Virus record (IMG/VR): IMGVR_UViG_3300045988_019667
Strand: one strand, 5' to 3'
DNA: 55,059 nucleotides
DNA from: a virus
Shown here: piece by piece, positions 7,878 to 15,559 of the stretch
How positions within the stretch are numbered: the stretch's first letter is position 1
How the letters are laid out: each line of letters opens with the position of its first letter
Translations under genes and position numbers: made by a program
The notes under the pieces: model-generated
What the model was told of the DNA's origin: nothing
The model's database searches: none
What the model saw: the letters and a program-made list of their open reading frames with translations, nothing else

Positions 7878-9035
7878 ATGACAAGCGAAGAACGTAGAGA
7901 AGCAAGGTATCAACGCCGCGCTGCCGCACGGCGGGCAAAGCGGGACGCCGCCTGCGCCGAGCACGATAACTACGACGAGGTGTTCAGCTATAAGCACCTC
8001 TATCAATCGTACAAGTGCTGCCGTCGCGGTGTGTCGTGGAAGGCCAGCGTCCAGAAATACACGGCCAACGCGCCGCTGAACATCCTGCACACATACAACC
8101 AGCTTGCAGCCGGAAAATTCAAAAGCCCCGGCTTTTACGAGTTTGATTTGTATGAGCGCGGGAAGCATCGTCATATCCGCAGCACGGTCATAAGCGAGCG
8201 TGTCGTTCAGCGCTGCCTGTGCGACAATGCCCTTGTGCCGGTCCTTGAGCGCACATTCGTCTACGACAACGGCGCGTCCATGAAGAACAAGGGCTACGAT
8301 TTTGCCACGCGCCGGATCACGCAGCATCTCCATGAGCACTACCGGAAATACGGCAATGAGGGCTATATCCTGCTGTTTGATTTCTCTAAATTCTTCGACA
8401 ACGTTTCCCATGAGGTCGTGAAAGCGATCCTGCATAAGGAATTCACCGACGAACGGCTTCTTGCGCTCACAGAGCATTTCATCGACGCTTTCGGCGATAA
8501 GGGTATGGGGCTGGGCAGTCAGATCAGTCAGGTGCTGGCCCTCGCCTCTGCAAACCGTCTTGACCACTATGTCAAGGAGGTTTTGCAGGTGCGCGGCTAT
8601 GGCCGGTACATGGACGACGGCTACCTGCTCCACACATCTAAAGCCTATCTTCAAAACTGCGTGGCACGTATCCGGGCGATATGCGCCGAGCTTGGCATTA
8701 CCCTGAATGAGAAGAAAACGCAGATCGTCAAGCTGAGCCACGGCTTTTCTTGGTTGAAGGTGCGTTTCTTCATCACAAAAACCGGCAAGGTCGTCCGGAA
8801 AATCTATAAGCGCAGCGTCACGAAGATGCGGCAGAAAATGAAAAAGCTACACAGGAAATACCTGCGCGGTAAAATGACCTTCGCGGACATCTATGCGACG
8901 TGGCAAAGCTGGCGCAGCTATGCCGCGCGATTCAACGCATGGCACACCGTTCAAAACATGGGCGCACTGTACACCAACCTTTTTATAAACAGCAAGGAGG
9001 ACTGCTATGGTCTACTTCAAAATCCTGTCTGCTGA
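7878..9035 (+). CDS. DGR reverse transcriptase
   Basis: 385 aa from ATG 7878 (MTSEERREARYQ...). Contains motif 4 GLGSQISQ (the [I/L]GxxxSQ hallmark of DGR RTs) and the catalytic box GRYMDDGYLL. The tracked ORF start at 7536 is only the open frame running through the TR. Confidence 0.92.
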   Translation: MTSEERREARYQRRAAARRAKRDAACAEHDNYDEVFSYKHLYQSYKCCRRGVSWKASVQKYTANAPLNILHTYNQLAAGKFKSPGFYEFDLYERGKHRHIRSTVISERVVQRCLCDNALVPVLERTFVYDNGASMKNKGYDFATRRITQHLHEHYRKYGNEGYILLFDFSKFFDNVSHEVVKAILHKEFTDERLLALTEHFIDAFGDKGMGLGSQISQVLALASANRLDHYVKEVLQVRGYGRYMDDGYLLHTSKAYLQNCVARIRAICAELGITLNEKKTQIVKLSHGFSWLKVRFFITKTGKVVRKIYKRSVTKMRQKMKKLHRKYLRGKMTFADIYATWQSWRSYAARFNAWHTVQNMGALYTNLFINSKEDCYGLLQNPVC

Positions 9036-9420
9036 CGGCACGGTCAAAAGCGTAGAAGCGCTTGCCGATCCCGTCTACGTCTGTTGGCAGACCCGCAACG
9101 GCATTCTTATCCGGTGCGACAAACGGGACGCGCAGGGCGTCATGTCCGGCGACGGGAACACAATCTATCAGCTTCAGGGGAAGCAGCTAAGCGGCGTTGA
9201 GAGTGACGAACTTCTCAGCGCCGTTTCTATTACCCTTGCAGAATATGAGGAGCTTGCGGCACAGGTCGGCACCACGGACCCCGACGACGATACGCCGGTC
9301 AATCCGCCCGACGACCCCGGAACGGAAATCCTCACCCGCGCGCAGCTCACCGAAAAGGTACTGGCCCTTGAAGACGAGCTGGCAGCGGCAAAAATCCTGC
9401 TGGGGGTGACGGACGAATGA
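9007..9420 (+). CDS. Hypothetical protein (tail-fibre accessory by position)
   Basis: AAGGAGGA RBS. Overlaps the RT 3' end by 29 nt. 137 aa with a C-terminal coiled coil. Confidence 0.6.
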   Translation: MVYFKILSADGTVKSVEALADPVYVCWQTRNGILIRCDKRDAQGVMSGDGNTIYQLQGKQLSGVESDELLSAVSITLAEYEELAAQVGTTDPDDDTPVNPPDDPGTEILTRAQLTEKVLALEDELAAAKILLGVTDE

Positions 9421-9824
9421 CGCTGAAAGCCCTCGCACAAAAACTGCGGCCCCTGATCGAAACCGCAGCACAAAGCCTTGATGACACGACCGCCCTTGAG
9501 GCGGTCGAACTTTTTCCGGCGTGGAAGACCGGCACCGTGTACACAACGGGGCGACGGGTCCGACATGGCGGGATTCTTTATACCGTTTTGCAGGATCACA
9601 CCGCGCAAGACAGCTGGACGCCCGATGCGGCACCGTCCCTTTTCGCAAAGGTGCTTATCCCTGATCCCGACGTTATCCCCGAATGGGAGCAGCCGGACAG
9701 CACCAACCCTTACAAGAAGGGGGATCGCGTCCGATTTAATGGAAAGGTTTACGAGAGCCTTATAGATAACAATGTGTGGTCGCCTTCTGCTTATCCTGCC
9801 GGTTGGAGGGAGGTGTCCGCATGA
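9417..9824 (+). CDS. Carbohydrate-binding (CBM5/12-like) protein
   Basis: ATGA start/stop overlap. Two chitin-binding-type repeats (WKTGTVYTTGRRVRHGGILYTVLQDHTAQDSWTP; YKKGDRVRFNGKVYESLIDNNVWSPSAYPAGW). Confidence 0.6.
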   Translation: MTLKALAQKLRPLIETAAQSLDDTTALEAVELFPAWKTGTVYTTGRRVRHGGILYTVLQDHTAQDSWTPDAAPSLFAKVLIPDPDVIPEWEQPDSTNPYKKGDRVRFNGKVYESLIDNNVWSPSAYPAGWREVSA

Positions 9825-10264
9825 CCCTGAAGGATCTTCTTCTGGGCGGCAGCGGCGGTCTGTTCGCGCTGCTGACCATCCTGCAAATCAGCCCCATCAA
9901 GATCAACCCGTGGTCTGCGCTGGCCCGCTCGATTGGCCGGGCGCTCAACAAAGATGTTCTGGACCGGCTCACCACTTTGGAGGTCGAACAGAAGGAAATC
10001 AAATCGGAGCTGGCCGCCCAAAAGGCGCTTTCCGATAAGCGCGAGGCCAACGGCTGGCGAGCAGACATCCTCCGCTTCAACATGGAGCTTGTCGAGCATA
10101 CGCGGCACACGCGGGAGGACTACATCGAGATTTTGGACGTCATCGACAAGTACGAAAAATACTGCGACAGCCACAAGGACTACGAAAACAACCGTGCCGT
10201 CCATGCAATCGCCAATGTTGAGCGCTGCTACGACGACCGGCTGAAAAATAATGACTTTGCATAA
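9821..10264 (+). CDS. Membrane-anchored coiled-coil protein, unknown function
   Basis: ATGA overlap with the preceding stop. N-terminal hydrophobic helix (LLLGGSGGLFALLTILQI) followed by coiled coil. The tracked ORF starts earlier, at 9776. Confidence 0.55.
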   Translation: MTLKDLLLGGSGGLFALLTILQISPIKINPWSALARSIGRALNKDVLDRLTTLEVEQKEIKSELAAQKALSDKREANGWRADILRFNMELVEHTRHTREDYIEILDVIDKYEKYCDSHKDYENNRAVHAIANVERCYDDRLKNNDFA

Positions 10265-10277
10265 GGAGGAAATCACT

Positions 10278-10373
10278 ATGAACCCCAAAACCGAAACCAC
10301 CATCGAAACCACCGAGGCGGAACTGACCGCCGAAGCTCTGGACGAGCTTTCCAACAACAAAGGGGAGGACTAA
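10278..10373 (+). CDS. 31-aa acidic micro-protein (MNPKTETTIETTEAELTAEALDELSNNKGED)
   Basis: AAGGAGGA RBS 7 nt upstream. It exactly fills the gap before the endolysin. Below the ORF-track size cutoff. Confidence 0.4.
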   Translation: MNPKTETTIETTEAELTAEALDELSNNKGED

Positions 10374-10376
10374 AAC

Positions 10377-11378
10377 ATGAGTTACACAAATTCACCGATG
10401 GTGAGCTACACGAAGCTCAGCCCGAACCACAGCGGGCAGCGTACCCACAGCATCGACCGCATCACGCCGCACTGCGTGGTCGGCCAGTGCAGCGTGGAGA
10501 CGCTGGGCCGCATCTTCACGCCGACCTCCAAGCAGGCCAGCAGCAACTACGGCATCGGCCTTGACGGTCGTGTCGGTATGTACGTTGAGGAGAAAAACCG
10601 CAGCTGGTGTTCCTCCTCCAATGCCAACGACCAGCGGGCCGTCACTATCGAGTGCGCCAGCGACAGCACAGAACCGTATGCGTTCAAGGATGTGGTCTAT
10701 CAGACCCTCATCAAGCTCTGCGTGGACATCTGCCAGCGCAACGGCAAAACCAAGCTGCTTTGGCTGGGCGACAAGGACAAGACCCTGAATTACACCCCCA
10801 AGGCCGACGAAATGATCCTGACCGTCCACCGCTGGTTTGCCAACAAGAGCTGCCCCGGCAACTGGATGTACGCCCGCATGGGCGATCTCGCCGTGAAGGT
10901 CACTGCGGCGCTGGGCGCTGCGGCGAAGCCCACTACCCCTACCACTCCCAGCACCATCAAGAAGGGCGATGTCGTGCGCATCCTGTCCGGCGCGACCTAC
11001 TACAACGGCAAGGCTGTCCCGAACTGGGTAGCCGCCAAGCAGTGGATCGTCCGCGAGGTCAGCGGCGACCGCGCTGTCATCGACAAGAGCGTGGACGGCA
11101 AGAATGCCATTTGCAGCCCGATCAATGTCAGGTTCCTGTCCGTCGTGGGCGGGACGGCTACACCGACGCCCAGCTTCAGCGCATATCGCGTGAAGATCAC
11201 CGCCAATGCTCTGAACATCCGCAAAGGCCCCGGCACTGGCTATGACACGAACGGCTGCATCCGTGACCACGGCGTTTATACTATCGTCGCGGAGAGCACG
11301 GGCACCGGCGCGACCAAGTGGGGCAAGCTCAAATCCGGCGCAGGCTGGATCAGTCTGGATTACACCAAAAAGGTGTAA
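10377..11378 (+). CDS. Endolysin: N-acetylmuramoyl-L-alanine amidase (Amidase_2/PGRP type) with C-terminal SH3-like repeats
   Basis: The N-terminal domain has the ITPHCVVGQ / RSWCSS..NDQRAVTIE / CPGNW pattern. The C-terminus has two SH3-like repeats (KKGDVVRILSGATYYNG..; YRVKITANALNIRKGPGTGY..). Confidence 0.85.
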   Translation: MSYTNSPMVSYTKLSPNHSGQRTHSIDRITPHCVVGQCSVETLGRIFTPTSKQASSNYGIGLDGRVGMYVEEKNRSWCSSSNANDQRAVTIECASDSTEPYAFKDVVYQTLIKLCVDICQRNGKTKLLWLGDKDKTLNYTPKADEMILTVHRWFANKSCPGNWMYARMGDLAVKVTAALGAAAKPTTPTTPSTIKKGDVVRILSGATYYNGKAVPNWVAAKQWIVREVSGDRAVIDKSVDGKNAICSPINVRFLSVVGGTATPTPSFSAYRVKITANALNIRKGPGTGYDTNGCIRDHGVYTIVAESTGTGATKWGKLKSGAGWISLDYTKKV

Positions 11379-11405
11379 ATACATATCGAAAAGGAGAATA
11401 TCACC

Positions 11406-11789
11406 ATGACTAACGTTATCATCGAAAACCTTGTGCAGATCGCGGCAACCCTGCTCATTACCCTGATCGGCGTTCTGGGCGCGTGGCTGTCTACCAAGCT
11501 CGCCAAGCGCGAGGAGCTGAAGAACATCTCTACGGCTACCAACGAGGTCATTCACGCCGCCCAGCAGACCGTCCTTGAGCTTCAGCAGACCACCGTGGAG
11601 GGCATGAAGAAAGCCCACGCGGACGGCAAGCTGACCAAAGATGAAATTACTGAGTTGGGCAAGCTGCTTATTGACGGCGCTATGGCTAAGATGTCTGACA
11701 CCTCTAAAAACCTGCTCAACGCTGCCGGTGTTGACATTTCTGCTATCATTCGTGGCGCAGGCGAAGCCCTCATTGCGCGGATGAAATAA
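11406..11789 (+). CDS. Holin (LL-H-like: one N-terminal TM helix plus a long helical tail)
   Basis: 127 aa with TM helix IAATLLITLIGVLGAWL. Immediately downstream of the endolysin. Confidence 0.6.
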   Translation: MTNVIIENLVQIAATLLITLIGVLGAWLSTKLAKREELKNISTATNEVIHAAQQTVLELQQTTVEGMKKAHADGKLTKDEITELGKLLIDGAMAKMSDTSKNLLNAAGVDISAIIRGAGEALIARMK

Positions 11790-11797
11790 CCGAACTA

Positions 11798-11836
11798 CAG
11801 GGGTTACAGTCAGGCGCACTATGGCTGTAACCCCTG
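11798..11836 (+). terminator. 12-bp hairpin after the holin gene (weak T tail)
   Basis: caggggttacag-15 nt loop-ctgtaacccctg, followed by aatttat. Confidence 0.45.
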
Positions 11837-11899
11837 AATTTATGTAACGCCTGTGCCGTTACAAAGCGGAAAAACGTAACCCCTGATTGTAACGCCTGT

Positions 11900-12038
11900 T
11901 GTAACCCCGAAAAGCCTTGAAACAAGGCGCTTTTCGGCTTGATGTTACAATGTTACATACTTTTTCTATTGAATACCTGAAATAAAGAGAAAACGACATA
12001 CGCGCATCATAGCGCCTATATGCACGCGTATTATAGGA
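11900..12038. repeat. Dispersed repeat copy A (about 140-bp core shared with 35347..35486), inside a GTAAC/GTTAC motif array
   Basis: Long identical blocks: tgtaaccccgaaaagcc, ttttcggcttg, tgttacaatgttacatactttt, ctattgaatac, catagcgcctata, attatagga. I count 10 GTAAC/GTTAC pentamers between 11803 and 12058. Confidence 0.85.
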
Positions 12039-12040
12039 AA

Positions 12041-12086
12041 AAGGCCACTGAGTGTAACCCTGCACTCGGTGGCCTTATTTTTTTTT
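12041..12086 (+). terminator. Strong Rho-independent terminator
   Basis: aaggccactgagtg-taaccctg-cactcggtggcctt followed by a T-rich run (ttattttttttt). Confidence 0.8.
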
Positions 12087-12147
12087 GCCTTCTACGATGC
12101 CAGCACGAAAAAATTCACTGGTAGCTCAAAATATTTGACTTAACCTC

Positions 12148-12205
12148 TTGACAAGTACAAATTATTGCACTATAATATGGTTGTCAGTTGAAATAATCGT
12201 ACTGA
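12148..12205 (+). promoter_or_regulatory. Consensus sigma-70 promoter plus operator-like inverted repeat (module 1)
   Basis: TTGACA (12148..12153), 17-nt spacer, TATAAT (12171..12176). Then TCAGT-N12-ACTGA at 12184..12205. About 70% identical over roughly 60 bp to the module at 20396..20453. Confidence 0.75.
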
Positions 12206-12222
12206 TACAGGAGGAACATACA

Positions 12223-12396
12223 ATGAAGTATTTCGTAATTGCCACCCATTGGGACGATAAAAGAAAAGCTCCGGTCAAGTACATTGCCGGAGAATTTGAC
12301 AGATACATGAATGCTGTGCTTTTCAGGGATGCCTACAACAGCTATTACAGCACAGACGCAAAGATTGTTGAGGACTTCGACTTGCTGAATGCCTGA
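12223..12396 (+). CDS. Hypothetical protein (57 aa)
   Basis: CAGGAGG RBS 8 nt upstream of ATG. First gene after the promoter. Confidence 0.6.
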   Translation: MKYFVIATHWDDKRKAPVKYIAGEFDRYMNAVLFRDAYNSYYSTDAKIVEDFDLLNA

Positions 12397-12479
12397 AACT
12401 ACGCAGAGTGACGGGGTGAAAACCCCGGTAATGCGGCAGGCCGGTCACAAGCCCGGCCACGCTATAGGAGGACAAGAAA

Positions 12480-12764
12480 ATGAAGGTCAAAGAAACACGC
12501 TGGATGGACATGGACGATTTGCGGGGGCTGTGCATCAAGCACGGGTGGTTTACGCGGGGTGACTGCAAAGCCTACGACAAGCTGCTGAAAATGCCGTATG
12601 ACGCTAAAGGTAAGTTGCGGAACATCACCTCGACGATTCTCTGCAACATGGCGCAGGCCATCATGCAGTACAGCGACCCCGAAACCTACGAAATCCTTGA
12701 GCTTGAAGGCATCCTGTATTGCCTCGGCGAAATCTGCCACACCTGCTTTTCCGTTGAAGAATGA
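12480..12764 (+). CDS. Hypothetical protein (94 aa)
   Basis: TAGGAGGA RBS; tracked ORF. Confidence 0.6.
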   Translation: MKVKETRWMDMDDLRGLCIKHGWFTRGDCKAYDKLLKMPYDAKGKLRNITSTILCNMAQAIMQYSDPETYEILELEGILYCLGEICHTCFSVEE

Positions 12765-12779
12765 ATGGAGGTAACGAAA

Positions 12780-13145
12780 ATGTTTAAGATCAACAGCTAC
12801 ACCGATCTGAAGGTCGCCTACGAAATCCTTGAGATCGCTTATGAGAGCGGCAGGAGCCAGAAGGCCGCCGACCTCAAGCGCGAAATGCGCGCGTTCTTCC
12901 ATCGCCCCGTCTCTGAGCGCCGCATCGTTCAGGACGACGGCATCGACGGCTATACGGAGCTGTTGCCGCTGCCCGAATATATCGAAACGATGGACGAGGC
13001 CGTCAGCTACTTCGAAGACTACGAATACCGGCACTATTACCCGTCCGCCTATGACTGCACTGGTCAGGCGTTTACGAGCTGGTACAAGGTTTTCGCTCGT
13101 GGCGGACGCTTCTGGGCCTACCACCATGTCAGTGTGGATGTTTGA
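12780..13145 (+). CDS. Hypothetical protein (121 aa)
   Basis: GGAGG lies 8 nt before ATG 12780. The tracked ORF starts at 12765. Confidence 0.6.
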   Translation: MFKINSYTDLKVAYEILEIAYESGRSQKAADLKREMRAFFHRPVSERRIVQDDGIDGYTELLPLPEYIETMDEAVSYFEDYEYRHYYPSAYDCTGQAFTSWYKVFARGGRFWAYHHVSVDV

Positions 13146-13161
13146 GAGGAGGATAACGAGA

Positions 13162-13359
13162 GTGAGGTATCTGGTTCAGGCCATTCTGATTGATGGCGAT
13201 ATCGAAACTGTGGTTGGCAGCATAAAGAGCGATGACTACAAGGCCGCCGCCACATTCCTGATGATGATGCACCGCCACGGCTACAAATATCTTTACCGTG
13301 CGATGGACATTGAAACCGGGGAAATCGTGATGTCAACAACAAAGAACGAATTCCAATGA
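13162..13359 (+). CDS. Hypothetical protein (65 aa)
   Basis: AGGAGG RBS 9 nt before GTG 13162. Only the last third of tracked ORF 12829..13359 does not overlap the upstream gene. Confidence 0.5.
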   Translation: MRYLVQAILIDGDIETVVGSIKSDDYKAAATFLMMMHRHGYKYLYRAMDIETGEIVMSTTKNEFQ

Positions 13360-13434
13360 GCCGAAACGCCCGTTTGGGCGTCTGCCGGAACCGCCCCACC
13401 GGCACTGAAGATGGCAGGGCAACGGAGGTAAAGC

Positions 13435-13680
13435 ATGAAAACATATGTAGTCTCTTTCTTCATCAAGGCAAACCGGACAGAGTATCTGGCCGACGTCGCT
13501 GTCGAAGCTCCTACGGCAAAAGCTGCCTGCGCGCTTTGCAAGGACTGGTATTTCAAGACGACCGGCAAGAACGCTTTCCGGCCCACAACGAAGCTGAGCG
13601 ACGAAGACCGAAAGTGGTATGAGGACCATAACCGCATCAAGCACTTCGACGCGACGCTGAAGCAGAATGGAGAGAAGTAA
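13435..13680 (+). CDS. Hypothetical protein (81 aa)
   Basis: GGAGG RBS; tracked ORF. Confidence 0.6.
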   Translation: MKTYVVSFFIKANRTEYLADVAVEAPTAKAACALCKDWYFKTTGKNAFRPTTKLSDEDRKWYEDHNRIKHFDATLKQNGEK

Positions 13681-14057
13681 TGAAACTGGATCGAACACTG
13701 TTCAAAGAGGTCAAAGCGCTGGCCGGTGATGGAAGCCGGGAGGCAAAATTCGCCCTGCTGCGTCGGATCGACGCAGCGAGGACGGACCTCTCGACATCGA
13801 AGGCCCGCGAGAATTTTAACGCCTGTCTGTCCAAGCACGGCAGGGCGGTTGTCGCGGTCTGCGTGGCCGCCACGCTGGATGCCCGGAAAGATCGGCTGGA
13901 TTGCTGGAATTGGGTCTGGGCGTATGAGGTCCTGTCGGCTCTGCCCCAGAGTATAACACTGCGTAACCTTGAACGCGCCCATATCGAAGATGGCCTGCAT
14001 CCTACCGCTATCTGCGATTATGCCGGTCCGTTCATCCGAATGACGACCGAAGAATAG
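13680..14057 (+). CDS. Hypothetical protein (125 aa)
   Basis: TAATG stop/start overlap; tracked ORF. Confidence 0.6.
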   Translation: MKLDRTLFKEVKALAGDGSREAKFALLRRIDAARTDLSTSKARENFNACLSKHGRAVVAVCVAATLDARKDRLDCWNWVWAYEVLSALPQSITLRNLERAHIEDGLHPTAICDYAGPFIRMTTEE

Positions 14058-14069
14058 GAGGTGTTATGT

Positions 14070-14339
14070 ATGGCAACCTGTGAGATCATCCGCGAGGCAC
14101 ACGATGTACCGGCCTGCTGGGAAACGACCCTCGGCGGTCAGCGCTGGTGGATCACCCGCACGGCGGAGTTTTCTTTCACCGTAGAAACCTGCCTTGAGGT
14201 ACAGTACGGCGACATCGAGGTTGTGGCCGTCAAGACGTGCCGCAGTCTGGCGGCTGCCCAGAAGTGGCTGGAACAGCACTGGCGTGACTGGGTGCCGGAC
14301 GAACGGTGCGAGAGCTACACACGGGAGGGAACATTGTGA
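14070..14339 (+). CDS. Hypothetical protein (89 aa)
   Basis: AGGAG lies 9 nt before ATG 14070. Confidence 0.55.
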   Translation: MATCEIIREAHDVPACWETTLGGQRWWITRTAEFSFTVETCLEVQYGDIEVVAVKTCRSLAAAQKWLEQHWRDWVPDERCESYTREGTL

Positions 14340-15079
14340 GGATTGCAGATCAGAAGCGCGCGGACTTTGTGAAGCGGTTTCGCAGCCTGTCCCGTCGTTT
14401 CCCGCTGTGGCAGGTGTGGAGCGACTTCATCACCATGTTCGCCATTGCGCTTTCCAACGCCGTAGATAGTCGATACCGCACGGAGCGCGAGGCAATGTAT
14501 AAGCGGATCATCGAGAAGTACGAGAAAGCAGAGCGCACGGTGTTCCCTGAACTGGTAGAGGATGTGGTCAACGCCTTTGACGCCGACCGGGAGCAGGATT
14601 TTCTGGGCAGTGCGTACATGGAATTGGAACTCGGCAATCACTGGATCGGTCAGTTCTTCACGCCCTATGACATCTGCCGCTGCATGGCCGCAATCACCAC
14701 CGGCGACGCTGTGGAGCAGATCAACCGCGACGGCTTTGTCACGCTGAATGACTGTGCGTGTGGAGCGGGGGCTACACTGATCGCGGCGGTGAATCAGATC
14801 GAAAAGCAGCTGTTCAAGGCAAAAAGCCCGCTGCGCTGGCAGAATCACGTTCTTGTGACAGCGCAGGACCTCGACTTCACGACGGGGATGATGTGCTACA
14901 TCCAGCTCTCGCTGCTGGGCTGCGCGGGTTACATCAAGATCGGCAACACCCTGACCGACCCCATGCACGACGGAGATGACCCCACAGCCTACTGGTACAC
15001 GCCCGGTTACTTTTCGTCCGTGTGGCAGCTTCGGCGCATCTTCCGGAGCATGGACAAACTTTTCAAGGAGGCGGGATGA
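14336..15079 (+). CDS. HsdM-like N6-methyltransferase core lacking the catalytic (N/D)PP(Y/F) motif
   Basis: GTGA start/stop overlap. Contains GQFFTP (motif X-like), LNDCACGAGATL (motif I) and a VTAQDLDFTTGMMCYIQLSLLG...GNTL segment equivalent to the GQE..t..la.mNl.lhG..gdtL block of HsdM. No NPPY/NPPF/DPPY anywhere. Confidence 0.55.
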   Translation: MRIADQKRADFVKRFRSLSRRFPLWQVWSDFITMFAIALSNAVDSRYRTEREAMYKRIIEKYEKAERTVFPELVEDVVNAFDADREQDFLGSAYMELELGNHWIGQFFTPYDICRCMAAITTGDAVEQINRDGFVTLNDCACGAGATLIAAVNQIEKQLFKAKSPLRWQNHVLVTAQDLDFTTGMMCYIQLSLLGCAGYIKIGNTLTDPMHDGDDPTAYWYTPGYFSSVWQLRRIFRSMDKLFKEAG

Positions 15080-15381
15080 TGGATGACAAAAAGGTCAAAT
15101 ACGACGCGCTTGACACCATGTGGGCATTCGTGCGTATGGGCGGTTATCAGCTTCACCCAGCGGACATTTCTTCCCTAAAGGACCACTGCGAGCAGCTTCG
15201 ACACCTGCTGACGCAGAAAACAGCGGGACAGCGGCGCGATAAGCGGGAGGACATTGACTTTCACGAACTGGACGCAATCACAAATAGCATCGTAATCGGG
15301 GCAATGGTCCTCTATATGAGTGGGAGCCTCGATGCACTAACACCGAAGGAGGCACCGCACCGTGAAAAAGAGCGTAATTGA
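15076..15381 (+). CDS. Hypothetical protein (101 aa)
   Basis: AAGGAGG RBS; the ATG overlaps the upstream TGA. Confidence 0.55.
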   Translation: MMDDKKVKYDALDTMWAFVRMGGYQLHPADISSLKDHCEQLRHLLTQKTAGQRRDKREDIDFHELDAITNSIVIGAMVLYMSGSLDALTPKEAPHREKERN

Positions 15382-15559
15382 AGCCCGGCAACGGGCGCTG
15401 GAAAACAGCGAAGTCGCACCGGGTATTCTGATCCGGGTGATGGATAAGCCGCACCAGCACGCCGTCATCTGTTCTCACCCGAAGGTTTACCGTGAGAGGG
15501 TGCTTGACGGCTGGCACACAGTCGCGGCATTTCGGAACGGCGAGGAGGTGAAAATCTAA
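15362..15559 (+). CDS. Hypothetical protein (65 aa)
   Basis: GTG start with GAAGGAGG upstream; tracked ORF. Confidence 0.5.
   Translation: MKKSVIEARQRALENSEVAPGILIRVMDKPHQHAVICSHPKVYRERVLDGWHTVAAFRNGEEVKI

Larger units (their letters stand above)
6761..9035 (+). mobile_element. Diversity-generating retroelement cassette (VR1 - avd - TR - spacer - RT)
   Basis: TR/VR pair with adenine-only mismatches, an Avd-like ORF, and an RT with DGR-type motifs, in the canonical order. Confidence 0.93.

Noticed and set aside
11859-12065. 68-aa minus-strand ORF inside repeat copy A
   Set aside because: There is no equivalent ORF in repeat copy B despite nucleotide conservation, so the conservation is not at the protein level.
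11798-12086. Whether the GTAAC-rich blocks (also 35236..35505) are CRISPR arrays
   Set aside because: There is no regularly spaced direct repeat of 24 to 40 nt. The motifs are 5 to 10 nt, irregularly spaced and in both orientations, and no cas genes are present.
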